DNA of 64,000 nucleotides from a virus (Duplodnaviria; Caudoviricetes): IMG/VR virus record IMGVR_UViG_3300033979_000663, positions 1 to 64,000 of that record; one strand, 5' to 3'. Shown piece by piece: positions 39,365 to 48,500 of this stretch (position 1 is its first letter; each line of letters starts with the position of its first letter). The notes under the pieces were generated by a model. It saw only the letters and a program-made list of their open reading frames with translations, ran no database searches and was not told where the DNA came from. The position numbers and the translations under genes were made by a program.

Positions 39365-39824
39365 ATACCTTCTTTAGTCGTTTTATGATAAACAATGCGA
39401 TCGATTGTCCTAGCAAGGAAACTGCATGATTGTGTTCTGCCTTCACTTTGTAAGCTGCTAATTGAGTCGAAGTTGGAATAATTGACCCATATTTCTCTAG
39501 GTTCTCAATTGCTTGGGTCAAGCTGGTAACGTCTTGAGCCTTATCCAAATCAGGTGCAGCTACTTGAGCCAACTTGTTCGTCACATCTTGCATAGTCCCG
39601 GCTTGCTGTTGAACTTGCTCAATTTGCGATCGCATCAACTCAATCATTTGATAGTGCTGTTGATTTATCCCTTCTTGGAAACCAGAGAGAGATTGTTGTA
39701 ACTCCCCCCTGATTTCCTTGCTCACAGCATGAACCAATAATTGAAACTCTTGATTCTGCTGCATAGCATCCAAGTAGGCATCAACTTCCTGATCTAGGTT
39801 TTGGGGTAGCCTTGAGTTGTCCAT
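39333..39824 (-). CDS. Coiled-coil protein
   Basis: Gln-rich helical ORF. Confidence 0.55.
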   Translation of the reverse strand: MDNSRLPQNLDQEVDAYLDAMQQNQEFQLLVHAVSKEIRGELQQSLSGFQEGINQQHYQMIELMRSQIEQVQQQAGTMQDVTNKLAQVAAPDLDKAQDVTSLTQAIENLEKYGSIIPTSTQLAAYKVKAEHNHAVSLLGQSIALFIIKRLKKVFDADKGSPIS

Positions 39825-40368
39825 TTACTGTCTCCCATGTAATCGTAAACCCTACGCCGTTGGCGAATCTCTCGACTGATTGCTTGAAGTTGACTTCACC
39901 TTGAGGTGTCCCGTCCAACTTTCTCTCATTGATCTTGATGATTCGAGGGAGTTGGTTATCAGCAAAGTTCTGTTGCATTTTGGCGATCGCTGGAGCAACT
40001 ATATTTTCTCTGTGTTCTTTCCGAGCTTCCTGAACACCTTTCTCCCTAGCGAAATCCAAGGCAGCTAATCTTTCCAATTCAAATAATTTGGCGTTATTAA
40101 CTTCGGTATCAATAAGGTAAAGCAATTCCTCTTGGTGCTTGAGGTACTGCTCTAATGCAGCAGCGACATAATCAGGGTCGAATGTGGTATTGAGTTCTGC
40201 AAGTGCGATCGCTTGTGCTTCCAGAGCTTGAGGTTTGGATTGCGTTATGCCTTGAGTTGGTGCATGGACAATACCTGTATCTTCCCTGCGAGCAAATACA
40301 TTTTCTTCCTGTTGAATTTCTGTGATTTCTTCAGATGGCTTAACTGTTAATGCGGCGTTACGAGGCAT
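39781..40368 (-). CDS. Hypothetical helical protein
   Basis: Operon member. Confidence 0.55.
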   Translation of the reverse strand: MPRNAALTVKPSEEITEIQQEENVFARREDTGIVHAPTQGITQSKPQALEAQAIALAELNTTFDPDYVAAALEQYLKHQEELLYLIDTEVNNAKLFELERLAALDFAREKGVQEARKEHRENIVAPAIAKMQQNFADNQLPRIIKINERKLDGTPQGEVNFKQSVERFANGVGFTITWETVNGQLKATPKPRSGS

Positions 40369-41173
40369 ACTTGTTTCTCCTTCTCATTGCTATTTGTTTC
40401 CACTTCTGTAACTCATGGGGTGAGTAGTGATCCGACAAACTAAACTTCCCTTCCCACCACTCATAAAGCGATCGCTGACTAACTTTGAGATTGTAAGCAG
40501 CTAAATAGTTGATTATTTCTCTGCCTTTACAACCTTTCATTTCCCACTCATGAATCTTACCGGAACTAACATAAGATTCAATCGTTTGTGTTGGTTGAAT
40601 GTTCTGCTCCATCATGAATCGGAGTCTAGCTATTGATGGGAATTGAACATTTACATTATTCAATCTCCACCCAGCCATGTAAACCAACATCCAACCTTTT
40701 TCTTCTTCAACCTCTCTGGCATTAAGAGGTATCTTGATATGTTGCTTCCATTGTGACCATGACTCCCTTGATAATGTCCAACCCAGTATTTCATCTACCT
40801 TGAGTTTTACTTTTCTGAGTTTGACAATTTTGATTTCTGGTTCAGTCTTTGGTTTAGGTCTGGGATTAGCAATAAACGAATCATAAGCCTCTTCAAACTT
40901 ATGTTTATTAGCATTCCAGTAACTCCTCACATTTTTATAAGTGAGGTTGGTTAGCCCATTCCTGTACATCCAGGCAATACACATTAGCATTTGAGTTTGT
41001 TCGTCTGTGTATTTGCGATCGCTGTACTTCTTTCCTTGTGGGTGAAACGAACCAGCTAACTTTTCCCAAGTGTGCCAAGTTATCGGACTAATAACCTGGC
41101 CTCTGATTTTTTCGCAAATAGGATGAAGATTCCTGAATAGTGCCAGTTCCTCCTCTAGAATCTTTTGCTTCAT
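40358..41173 (-). CDS. Putative DNA-binding protein with repeated MerR-like HTH units
   Basis: Three similar units (IS..TW..W, LSRESW..W, VSQRSL..W followed by Y..E). Confidence 0.45.
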   Translation of the reverse strand: MKQKILEEELALFRNLHPICEKIRGQVISPITWHTWEKLAGSFHPQGKKYSDRKYTDEQTQMLMCIAWMYRNGLTNLTYKNVRSYWNANKHKFEEAYDSFIANPRPKPKTEPEIKIVKLRKVKLKVDEILGWTLSRESWSQWKQHIKIPLNAREVEEEKGWMLVYMAGWRLNNVNVQFPSIARLRFMMEQNIQPTQTIESYVSSGKIHEWEMKGCKGREIINYLAAYNLKVSQRSLYEWWEGKFSLSDHYSPHELQKWKQIAMRRRNKYAS

Positions 41174-41510
41174 TATTTCTTGCTCCTGAAACTATTAAAT
41201 AGCAACTGGTAATTGATATTGAAATGGCCATGCAAGCCAGAAAGAAAGTCATCAATCCATTATCGGAATAGCATTCTTTCTTAACCCATTCCTCCCGTCC
41301 ATCATCATGAATAATGTGTTTGTCTTCTCGTTGGTACATACCTCCTCCCCAGAGTATAAAAACCTTTTTCCTTTTAATTGCTACCGATTTATTGACAACT
41401 GGCTTACGCCTTAGAAAAGCCCTTAGTTCAAGGATTTCAGGATTGGGTGCTGCTGTTGACAGTCTTGATATCCTCTCTCCGATTGGCTTTGAGCCATACT
41501 TAGTTATCAT
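41088..41510 (-). CDS. Hypothetical membrane protein
   Basis: One TM helix. Confidence 0.4.
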   Translation of the reverse strand: MITKYGSKPIGERISRLSTAAPNPEILELRAFLRRKPVVNKSVAIKRKKVFILWGGGMYQREDKHIIHDDGREEWVKKECYSDNGLMTFFLACMAISISITSCYLIVSGARNNEAKDSRGGTGTIQESSSYLRKNQRPGY

Positions 41511-41806
41511 TGGGTTTACGCTCTATGGATTATTCTTTGATTTTTGCTTGACTAATGACCCGTTTTCTGTTTTTAGAATGAATTATGTCAAATTTAACAG
41601 GATTACACGCTTCACTCATCAAGCAAGAATAATCAATTGTAGTTTCTCGAAAACTCTGTTTTGCAAGGAACGCTTGTCATTTGGTTTTCAAGGTACGGAG
41701 TCTCTATGTATCTTTTATCTGGTCTGGTCGTACCGGATTACAAAGATTGATCCAAGGATGACCGCTATAAAAACGATAATTAAAATCGTTTGAAGGTCTA
41801 GATTTA

Positions 41807-42334
41807 TCATCTTCCTGGACCTCTATCGTTAGATACTGAGAGTGAATCTCTACTTGCGGAGGCAAAGATATTTGCACAACCCATGCAAATCTCAAAACCG
41901 AGAACAAATACTGCTGCTAATATTTTGGCAATCATAAGGTTGGGGTTTCCAAGTTGTTTTAGGTTGATGTCGTAGTCAAGATAGAACACATAAGCTGCTA
42001 CTAAAAAGAAGAACGCAATTCCAATAAATGAAAACAGTCCGTTGATTTGTTTAACTGTTTTATCTTGGTGATTTAGCAACGCTTTGGGTTTATCAAGAAC
42101 TTCTAGTAATACCCTTGGGTTGAATAAAACAGTTAGGGTTGCAGCTTCTATTCCTATTACTAAACATATTGATGCTGCTGTGCCAACTGAGCGTTGATAG
42201 ATATTGGCTCTACCCATTAAATCCCAAAAGAAGGGACACAGTGTTACACCATTACAAGCAAGAAATACCCATCCTGCTTTAGTCATCCAATCAGCCAACG
42301 TACCATCAGCTTCGCTCGTTCTGTTAAAAATCAT
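41807..42334 (-). CDS. Multi-pass membrane protein
   Basis: Four hydrophobic helices. Confidence 0.65.
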   Translation of the reverse strand: MIFNRTSEADGTLADWMTKAGWVFLACNGVTLCPFFWDLMGRANIYQRSVGTAASICLVIGIEAATLTVLFNPRVLLEVLDKPKALLNHQDKTVKQINGLFSFIGIAFFFLVAAYVFYLDYDINLKQLGNPNLMIAKILAAVFVLGFEICMGCANIFASASRDSLSVSNDRGPGR

Positions 42335-42614
42335 GAGCTACCTTCTCCCTGCGTTTACTCATTGATTGGTTTATATCAATCCCCCATTCACTTAACTCTT
42401 GATTTATTTCTTCTGGAGTCTTGAGAAGAAAATCTTCTCGCTTACCTTTCCGGTTGTTGACTCCTAAAAACAACTTCATTTCTAATAGCCTTCGGGCTTG
42501 ATAGAGTGTGAACTCAGTTGTTTCAAAACCCAATAATCTTGAGTAATTAAACATTGTGGTTCGTTCCACATCTAACAACACCCTGCACTGTTTCCCCGAA
42601 ATCGTTCCCTCCAT
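42324..42614 (-). CDS. Small HTH DNA-binding protein
   Basis: C..LLDVERTTMFNY HTH; first gene of the operon. Confidence 0.55.
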   Translation of the reverse strand: MEGTISGKQCRVLLDVERTTMFNYSRLLGFETTEFTLYQARRLLEMKLFLGVNNRKGKREDFLLKTPEEINQELSEWGIDINQSMSKRREKVAHDF

Positions 42615-42684
42615 GTTTTTTGCTGTTCACGTCTTGAACACTTTTATATTAACTGCGCTATTTGTTGTAAATCAATAGGACTAA

Positions 42685-42719
42685 TTGGATTGAATCCAGA
42701 TTATTTGGATTCAATCCAA
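42685..42719. promoter_or_regulatory. Tandem operator palindromes upstream of the FtsK operon
   Basis: TTGGATTGAATCCA and TTGGATTCAATCCAA, next to TTTACA-17-TATAAA on the minus strand. Confidence 0.55.
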
Positions 42720-42806
42720 GCGATGCAATAAAACCATAAAAAAACCATGTCCTAATCGAACATGGCAAGAAAAAAGAATTTTTAAAATTTCAAATAAAGG
42801 TTTTAG

Positions 42807-43061
42807 TTATTTATAACCCAGGACGTGTGGCTGGATTTCTTTAAACACGCGATCGCAGTATGACTTGTCACTCTCAAGTCGTTCTTTGATGTCAGCCGCT
42901 TGTCGCATAGTTTGAGATGTAACCGTGCGACCGGAACACCATTGATTGATAGTGTCTAATTTTACTCCCATTAATGCCGCAAATGTCTTTCTGCTAATAT
43001 TGCGGTATTCATCTATTAGCTCTCGTGGGTGAAGCATGGGTGCTGTGTATGCCATAATCAA
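42807..43061 (-). CDS. XRE/Cro-like HTH regulator
   Basis: ISRKTFAALMGVKLDTINQWCSGR. Confidence 0.75.
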   Translation of the reverse strand: MIMAYTAPMLHPRELIDEYRNISRKTFAALMGVKLDTINQWCSGRTVTSQTMRQAADIKERLESDKSYCDRVFKEIQPHVLGYK

Positions 43062-43234
43062 GTTGCCTCCGGTAAGTTCTCTTTACTGGTTGGTAGCCCT
43101 GACTCATGACTTTTGATCCAGCATGATTCAGGGCTTATTGTTTGGATGATATCATAACTTAACTAATAGCGGTAGTATTAGCTGTGATTTTAGTTGTACT
43201 ATTAGTAGGATAACTGTCAACCGGAACAAGAAAC

Positions 43235-43630
43235 ATGGTATCCAGAAAGAAACCCCAAACCCCAGAGGAATTACAAGCTGATATAGAAACCCACCCAGAA
43301 AGAGGGATGTTGAGACGGGAAGATGGGGATTTAGCGGAAGTCGTTAGGTTCGATACAGTTGACCTGAATGGAAGTATCCCTAAAGAGATGTATCGGGTTC
43401 TCTTGGAAATATGGGGAGCAAAGGGTATGACTAAGGCTGATGGGTTAAGAGACATGGCCAGTCAATATGTTACCCATCAAGGTAATTTGCAATTGGTGGA
43501 GCGATCGCAACAACAAAAATCTGAATTGTATGGCGTGACCAAAGCAGAAGTCCGCAGTAAAGTATTTGGTGCGTACAAAAGGAGAAGCAGAGAATTTAAA
43601 GCAAGGTATCAACCAGGGGCAGAAAAGTGA
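43235..43630 (+). CDS. Hypothetical protein, possible RHH regulator
   Basis: Divergent from the HTH gene; LNGSIPKEMY...GMTKAD..R pattern. Confidence 0.5.
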   Translation: MVSRKKPQTPEELQADIETHPERGMLRREDGDLAEVVRFDTVDLNGSIPKEMYRVLLEIWGAKGMTKADGLRDMASQYVTHQGNLQLVERSQQQKSELYGVTKAEVRSKVFGAYKRRSREFKARYQPGAEK

Positions 43631-43829
43631 TAGGATAGGGTGATAGCATTAGCAAAATCCATTGCTTTGCTCCTTGGTTTATACTGGTAGTAGAAAAGCC
43701 GATGTGGTAATTTCGGTCTACTACCAGTATTTTTTTGCGATAATAGAGCAAAACGGCTTAAAACTATGCTTAAATATCTGCCAGCCTTAATTGTTCTATT
43801 AGGATTACATGAGGTTTTTATATAAATAC

Positions 43830-44456
43830 ATGGGTGGTAAGTTCATTGTCTTTGAAGGGGTAGAAGGTTGTGGTAAAACTACTCAGATACAACTGTGTTC
43901 TCAGTGGCTAGAAAGTTTAAATATCTCCGTACTGCTGACTCGTGAACCTGGAGGAACAGAGTTAGGAAAGCATTTGCGGGGATTATTATTGGAAAATTCC
44001 CCCAACAAACCCGTAGGGGAAGTCACGGAACTATTATTATACGCGGCGGATAGAGCGCAACATATTGAGGAGGAATTAAAACCGAATTTAGCCACAGGGA
44101 AATTTATTCTGTGCGATCGCTATACTGACTCTACCATCGCCTATCAAGGTTATGGTAGGGGTTTAAGTATGAGTTTAATCAATCAACTTAATCAGATTGC
44201 TACAGGTGGTTTAACTATTGATTTAACGATTTGGTTAGATGTAGATGTGGAAATAGGACTATTTCGCAAACGTGGACAAGCTAAACTAGACAGAATTGAA
44301 CAGGAAACAATTGCTTTTCATCGGCGCGTACAACAGGGATATACAGAATTAGCTATATCTGATCCATCCCGGATTGTGCGGGTAGATGGTAATAATAGTC
44401 AAGATGTTGTTCAAAAAACTATACAGGAAATTTTCAATGAACGGTTGTTTTCATAA
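43830..44456 (+). CDS. tmk: Thymidylate (dTMP) kinase
   Basis: FIVFEGVEGCGKTTQ, TREPGGT, LLYAADRAQH, CDRYTDSTIAYQGYGRG. Confidence 0.95.
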   Translation: MGGKFIVFEGVEGCGKTTQIQLCSQWLESLNISVLLTREPGGTELGKHLRGLLLENSPNKPVGEVTELLLYAADRAQHIEEELKPNLATGKFILCDRYTDSTIAYQGYGRGLSMSLINQLNQIATGGLTIDLTIWLDVDVEIGLFRKRGQAKLDRIEQETIAFHRRVQQGYTELAISDPSRIVRVDGNNSQDVVQKTIQEIFNERLFS

Positions 44457-44527
44457 TTTATTGTTAACGGGTAATTGGTGGTAAATAAAATATCTGTTTT
44501 TATCCTGTTAATCCTTTAAACCTGGTT

Positions 44528-44584
44528 GAGCAAGTTTCGACTATGAATGTAGAATCCCCGCGTCTTTAGACCGGGGAGTGTCAA
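44528..44584 (+). mobile_element. Orphan IS200/IS605-type right end (TnpB omegaRNA 3' remnant)
   Basis: AGAATCCCCGCGTCTTTAGACCGGGGAGTGTCAA subterminal hairpin ending in TCAA. No tnpA or tnpB nearby. Confidence 0.65.
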
Positions 44585-44639
44585 GAAATCTGGAAAGCTG
44601 CTTGTATCAGGGAAAAATAAGTAAAATACTTAGACCGAC

Positions 44640-45218
44640 ATGGCACTTACATTAGCTACAAACAGAGATAGATTAGCTCCTACCACCACAGTTTCTAATT
44701 CGTTGACTGTTGGCACTCCTGTGGAGACAAACACAGCAAATGAGCGATCGGTCTTTTTCCCTTTTGAAATGACTAAAGATCCAGCTTCCTTCACAGTTGC
44801 ATCCTGTACCACAACCAATGGTGATGCTACTGTGACTACAACTGGCGGCGGATTTGCTGAGGTCAGGGCAGGTGACGCAATTACAGGTACAGGCATTCCT
44901 GCAAGTACGACTGTATTGAGTGTGGCTGTAGGCAACAACAGTTTAGAGTTGAGTGCCAATGCTACAGCAAGTGGTACTGTCACCTTAACCGTTGACCCGC
45001 CTTCCCTAACTGCTACCGTCTGTGCGGTAAAAGTGATATTCGCTGTTAATGGAAAAGCGATCGTTCCTACCTGCCAGTTTTACTCCTACAACGGTACACT
45101 TAAGGACACGGAAGGGGATGAGACTAATTACACAAGTCTGTCCAGTCTGTTGGTTTCTCCCCCAATTTCCATTAATATAGATGACTTCTTGAGTAATATT
45201 CGGGTGGCAAGAACTTAA
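44640..45218 (+). CDS. Putative virion structural protein
   Basis: T/V/G-rich; GDAITGTGIPASTTVLSV...LSANATASG module common in tail proteins. GGGAA upstream. Confidence 0.55.
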   Translation: MALTLATNRDRLAPTTTVSNSLTVGTPVETNTANERSVFFPFEMTKDPASFTVASCTTTNGDATVTTTGGGFAEVRAGDAITGTGIPASTTVLSVAVGNNSLELSANATASGTVTLTVDPPSLTATVCAVKVIFAVNGKAIVPTCQFYSYNGTLKDTEGDETNYTSLSSLLVSPPISINIDDFLSNIRVART

Positions 45219-45267
45219 TTGTGATCCATGTTCGAGTATATTCGACTCGAACATGGAAATTTTAGAA

Positions 45268-46818
45268 TTATCCAAATATACTCCTAACATCCCTGCGGCT
45301 ATCACGGGGACTTTGTTCATAAAAATAATCTCTGACCGCACCCCTTCCCCCATTAACAGCCCGAATAAAAGGTGCAGCACTCATACCAGCATTTTGGGAA
45401 GCAGCATAATAACCAAATGCCAAAGCAATAAACGAGTCACCATGTCGGTAATAACCATCTGATCCTTTAGTCCTGGCGGTATCAGGAACTTTGGGTACAC
45501 CATTCTCTAAACGAACAGAACGGTGGTCAGTAATAATATCTGCATCTTTGGGCATGGCAAAATTATCATCTTCCAAAGCGGTTTTATATCGTGGCACAAT
45601 CTCTCGGTATTTATCTGGAGTGAGCATGACAGCATTAATCCGACTCACCCCATACCTTTGTTGAGTAAATTCAGCGATCGCCTGACCATTACCCCGTGCA
45701 TCCATAGCACCAGCCACAAAATTAGGGAAGGAGTCAATCATGTAATAAAGGATTTGTTCTTGTTGTCTGATGGGACAATTCCGTAACTCTAATAGAAACG
45801 GACATTCCCGTTTTAACTTCTGTGTCTCAACCACAGGAGCAATCACAGTTAAATCATTAGTCCGCCCAAAGTCCATACCAAAATAACATTTAACATTAGG
45901 TGATATTAAATGTACTAATGGTTTTAAGTGGTCGGTAATCCATCGTTGAATAAATATCTTGCGATTTAATTCAGTATCAATTGCAAACTCATTGGGTAAT
46001 GACAATCGAAGTACAGGGAATTGGGCATCCATCCGAGCTTCTACCAAAGTAGATGGAAAGTAGACCTCTCCGCCGCTACGAGGGATGCAAAGTAACTCTT
46101 CATTAGCATCTTCCCCATAGGATTCAAATAACTCCTGTCGCCATTCCTCTTGTTTGGCAGGTGTCCACTCTTCACCCTGAACTAAACATATCCGTTGATA
46201 CAGCCCATCATTAAGCGCATCATCAATAGTAAATTTATGTAAGCTATATTTCTTTTTACCTGAGAGGATAGCATTAATCAATTGATTAAAGGCATTATCA
46301 ATCCCATCATGGGTAGAAATAATAACGATTTGACTGCCCCAGATTAAAAGAGCGATCGCTGCTTTGAGTAATCCAGGTAAATCAGGGTGGAACGCAGCCT
46401 CATCAATGACTATTTTCCCTTGTTTACCGCGAAGGTTAGAGGGGCGGCTCGATAAAGCCATGATTTTGTGACCACTAGCAAACCGAATCTGGAAAGCAAG
46501 GATATCTTTATCCTCATCTTTAACGAGTATTTGGTTTATAGCTTCACCAGCTAACTTATAATGTCTAACCCAATTAGCAACGTCTTCTATCCATAGACGC
46601 GCCATGTCTTCATTGTAGCCAATGTAGTAAACATCATCACCACCATCCTCTTGTGCCGCGAGTAAAGCATCATCAGCAGCCTCAGCCCAGGAAATACCAA
46701 TCCGCCGAGACTTTTCGCATACCTTAACAGGTGAAGTATCAGCAATCCACTTCTGTTGGTAGGGGAGCAGGAGATAAGGTGAATCAGGCGATCGCTTCTT
46801 GTTGGTTGTCTTATTCAT
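45268..46818 (-). CDS. terL: Terminase large subunit (Mu gp28-like)
   Basis: LLPYQ..W, KSRRIGISWAEA, IVIDEAAF, ISTHDG, GMDFGR..D, HGDSF.ALA. Confidence 0.92.
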   Translation of the reverse strand: MNKTTNKKRSPDSPYLLLPYQQKWIADTSPVKVCEKSRRIGISWAEAADDALLAAQEDGGDDVYYIGYNEDMARLWIEDVANWVRHYKLAGEAINQILVKDEDKDILAFQIRFASGHKIMALSSRPSNLRGKQGKIVIDEAAFHPDLPGLLKAAIALLIWGSQIVIISTHDGIDNAFNQLINAILSGKKKYSLHKFTIDDALNDGLYQRICLVQGEEWTPAKQEEWRQELFESYGEDANEELLCIPRSGGEVYFPSTLVEARMDAQFPVLRLSLPNEFAIDTELNRKIFIQRWITDHLKPLVHLISPNVKCYFGMDFGRTNDLTVIAPVVETQKLKRECPFLLELRNCPIRQQEQILYYMIDSFPNFVAGAMDARGNGQAIAEFTQQRYGVSRINAVMLTPDKYREIVPRYKTALEDDNFAMPKDADIITDHRSVRLENGVPKVPDTARTKGSDGYYRHGDSFIALAFGYYAASQNAGMSAAPFIRAVNGGRGAVRDYFYEQSPRDSRRDVRSIFG

Positions 46819-46824
46819 TCTTAA

Positions 46825-47172
46825 TCACCACTTCCTCATAGACCAATACGCACGGCTAAAAAAGTCTTTATAAGCAGGTTGACCACTCTTATTTAGAATC
46901 CCTTTGGCTCTGGCTCGGTAAGAGGCTCTGCGCTTTTTATTTTTGTGTTGGGTGTAGTCCTTCATATTCGGGTCGCCATACCGAATCAACTTCACCCTAT
47001 CCCCTTTCTTAGCCAACACCATATACTTCTTATTTGGATTGTCGGACTTCATGGGCTTATTAGGAGTCCACCACCGACCGTTGCGAAATATCTTACCTTT
47101 CCGTTTCCGTGGCTGCTTGTCCTTAGCCCCAGCAGTCCGAGCGAATAAAGCGGTCTTATAAAGAGAAAGCAT
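46825..47172 (-). CDS. Tagged basic protein with DUF5754-like domain
   Basis: TALF-ARTAGAKDKQPRKRK tag; KKYMV...IRYGD..M.DYT.HK..KRR.SYRAR...YWS...W. Confidence 0.7.
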   Translation of the reverse strand: MLSLYKTALFARTAGAKDKQPRKRKGKIFRNGRWWTPNKPMKSDNPNKKYMVLAKKGDRVKLIRYGDPNMKDYTQHKNKKRRASYRARAKGILNKSGQPAYKDFFSRAYWSMRKW

Positions 47173-47215
47173 AGAATTAAAAATAATGATTAGTTTGTTT
47201 ACTAATCCTGTGTTT

Positions 47216-47251
47216 CCCCATCCCCATCCCCGTCCCCATCCCCAGTCCCAG
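47216..47251. repeat. Short tandem CCCCRT repeats (STRR-like)
   Basis: ccccat ccccat ccccgt ccccat ccccagt cccag. Confidence 0.6.
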
Positions 47252-47495
47252 TGTCATTAATAGCGATCGCCATAGCCATTAAAATCCAAAGCAATCCCAT
47301 CACTAACACCAAAACAAAACAAACCAAGCCAATAAACGCAGATATCATAGATCAAGATAAACAAAAAGGGAGAAGACATTGTACCTCCCCCCTTTGTGAA
47401 AATATGCAACTACTCCTGTTAATTATTCCCTATTTGAAACAACCAAGCACAAATAGTCATTCAATCAAGCCTTGTCTAAGCGATAGTATTTAAAC

Positions 47496-47864
47496 CTAAA
47501 ACTCATCAGGTGAGTAACCAGAATTAGAGTTATTGGCATTATCAGACTTAGAACCAAGTAGTTCCAATTGTTCAACCAAGATTACAGGCGAGGTGCGTTC
47601 TACTCCTGTTGCGCGATCGCTCCAACTATCAAACTTCAAAAAACCCTTAACACCAATTAACCCACCCTTCCTAACATAGTTACCAGCTACCTCAGCCGTC
47701 TTACCCCATAACTCAAGATTAAACCAGTCAGGCTTCTGGTCACGGTTGCTTGAACGCCTGTTAACAGCTAGGGTTAATCTACATTTAACTGTCCCTGATT
47801 CAAAATATTTCATATCAGGATCACCACCAACCCGACCAACTAAATTCACAACATTAACACCCAT
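47496..47864 (-). CDS. ssb: Single-stranded DNA-binding protein, cyanobacterial type
   Basis: VNVVNLVGRVGGDPDMKYFESG, PDWFNLELWGKTAEVA, acidic C-terminus ending in F. Confidence 0.95.
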   Translation of the reverse strand: MGVNVVNLVGRVGGDPDMKYFESGTVKCRLTLAVNRRSSNRDQKPDWFNLELWGKTAEVAGNYVRKGGLIGVKGFLKFDSWSDRATGVERTSPVILVEQLELLGSKSDNANNSNSGYSPDEF

Positions 47865-47969
47865 TGTTATTACTCCTTGTTTAAATAATCGAGTCGAACA
47901 TTTGTTTGATTGTGAGGTCGTCTTTAAATAATCGAGTCGAACATTTGACTATGCGATCGCTATTTGCTA

Positions 47970-48500
47970 TTACCCCGCATCTACACTTTCTGATTCTACA
48001 TCAATAGCGTTAGCACCTAACCCAAGTATCTTTCTTCTAATATCAGAAGCCTCATCAGACGACAAGCCTTTCTTTTCAATGGATACTTCAGTCTTGGTAG
48101 TCACCTCATGTTTAATAAACTGTCCAGACAACCGTAACAATAACTCAGCAGCCTTCAACCTCACTAGGTCTTCTTTAGTCCCGGTATTCATTAATTCAAC
48201 AACCGTATCTATGGCGTTTATTACCTCTGATTGGAGTTTAGCCGCTATCTCAGGCACAGTTGCCCTGGTTACACCAGCACTAATCTCCTCAAACACCCTG
48301 ATTGAACCTTGCCTACCAGCAGCGATCGCCGCAGCTATATGAGATTTTTTTACCCAGGCATATCCAGTGCTTTCAGATATCCCAACTTCCTCAGCCGCAA
48401 CTATCGTTGACTTACCTTCTAGTATCTTGGTGACAAATGTATATTCCTCTGGAGTTAAATGCGGTAATCTCTCTGCCGCAGACCTAGTTGCTTTATTCAT
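47970..48500 (-). CDS. terS: Terminase small subunit
   Basis: N-terminal HTH (AAEEVGISESTGYAW), VRLKAAELLL, and a GLS.D...DIRRKILGL C-terminus. Upstream of terL. Confidence 0.7.
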   Translation of the reverse strand: MNKATRSAAERLPHLTPEEYTFVTKILEGKSTIVAAEEVGISESTGYAWVKKSHIAAAIAAGRQGSIRVFEEISAGVTRATVPEIAAKLQSEVINAIDTVVELMNTGTKEDLVRLKAAELLLRLSGQFIKHEVTTKTEVSIEKKGLSSDEASDIRRKILGLGANAIDVESESVDAG

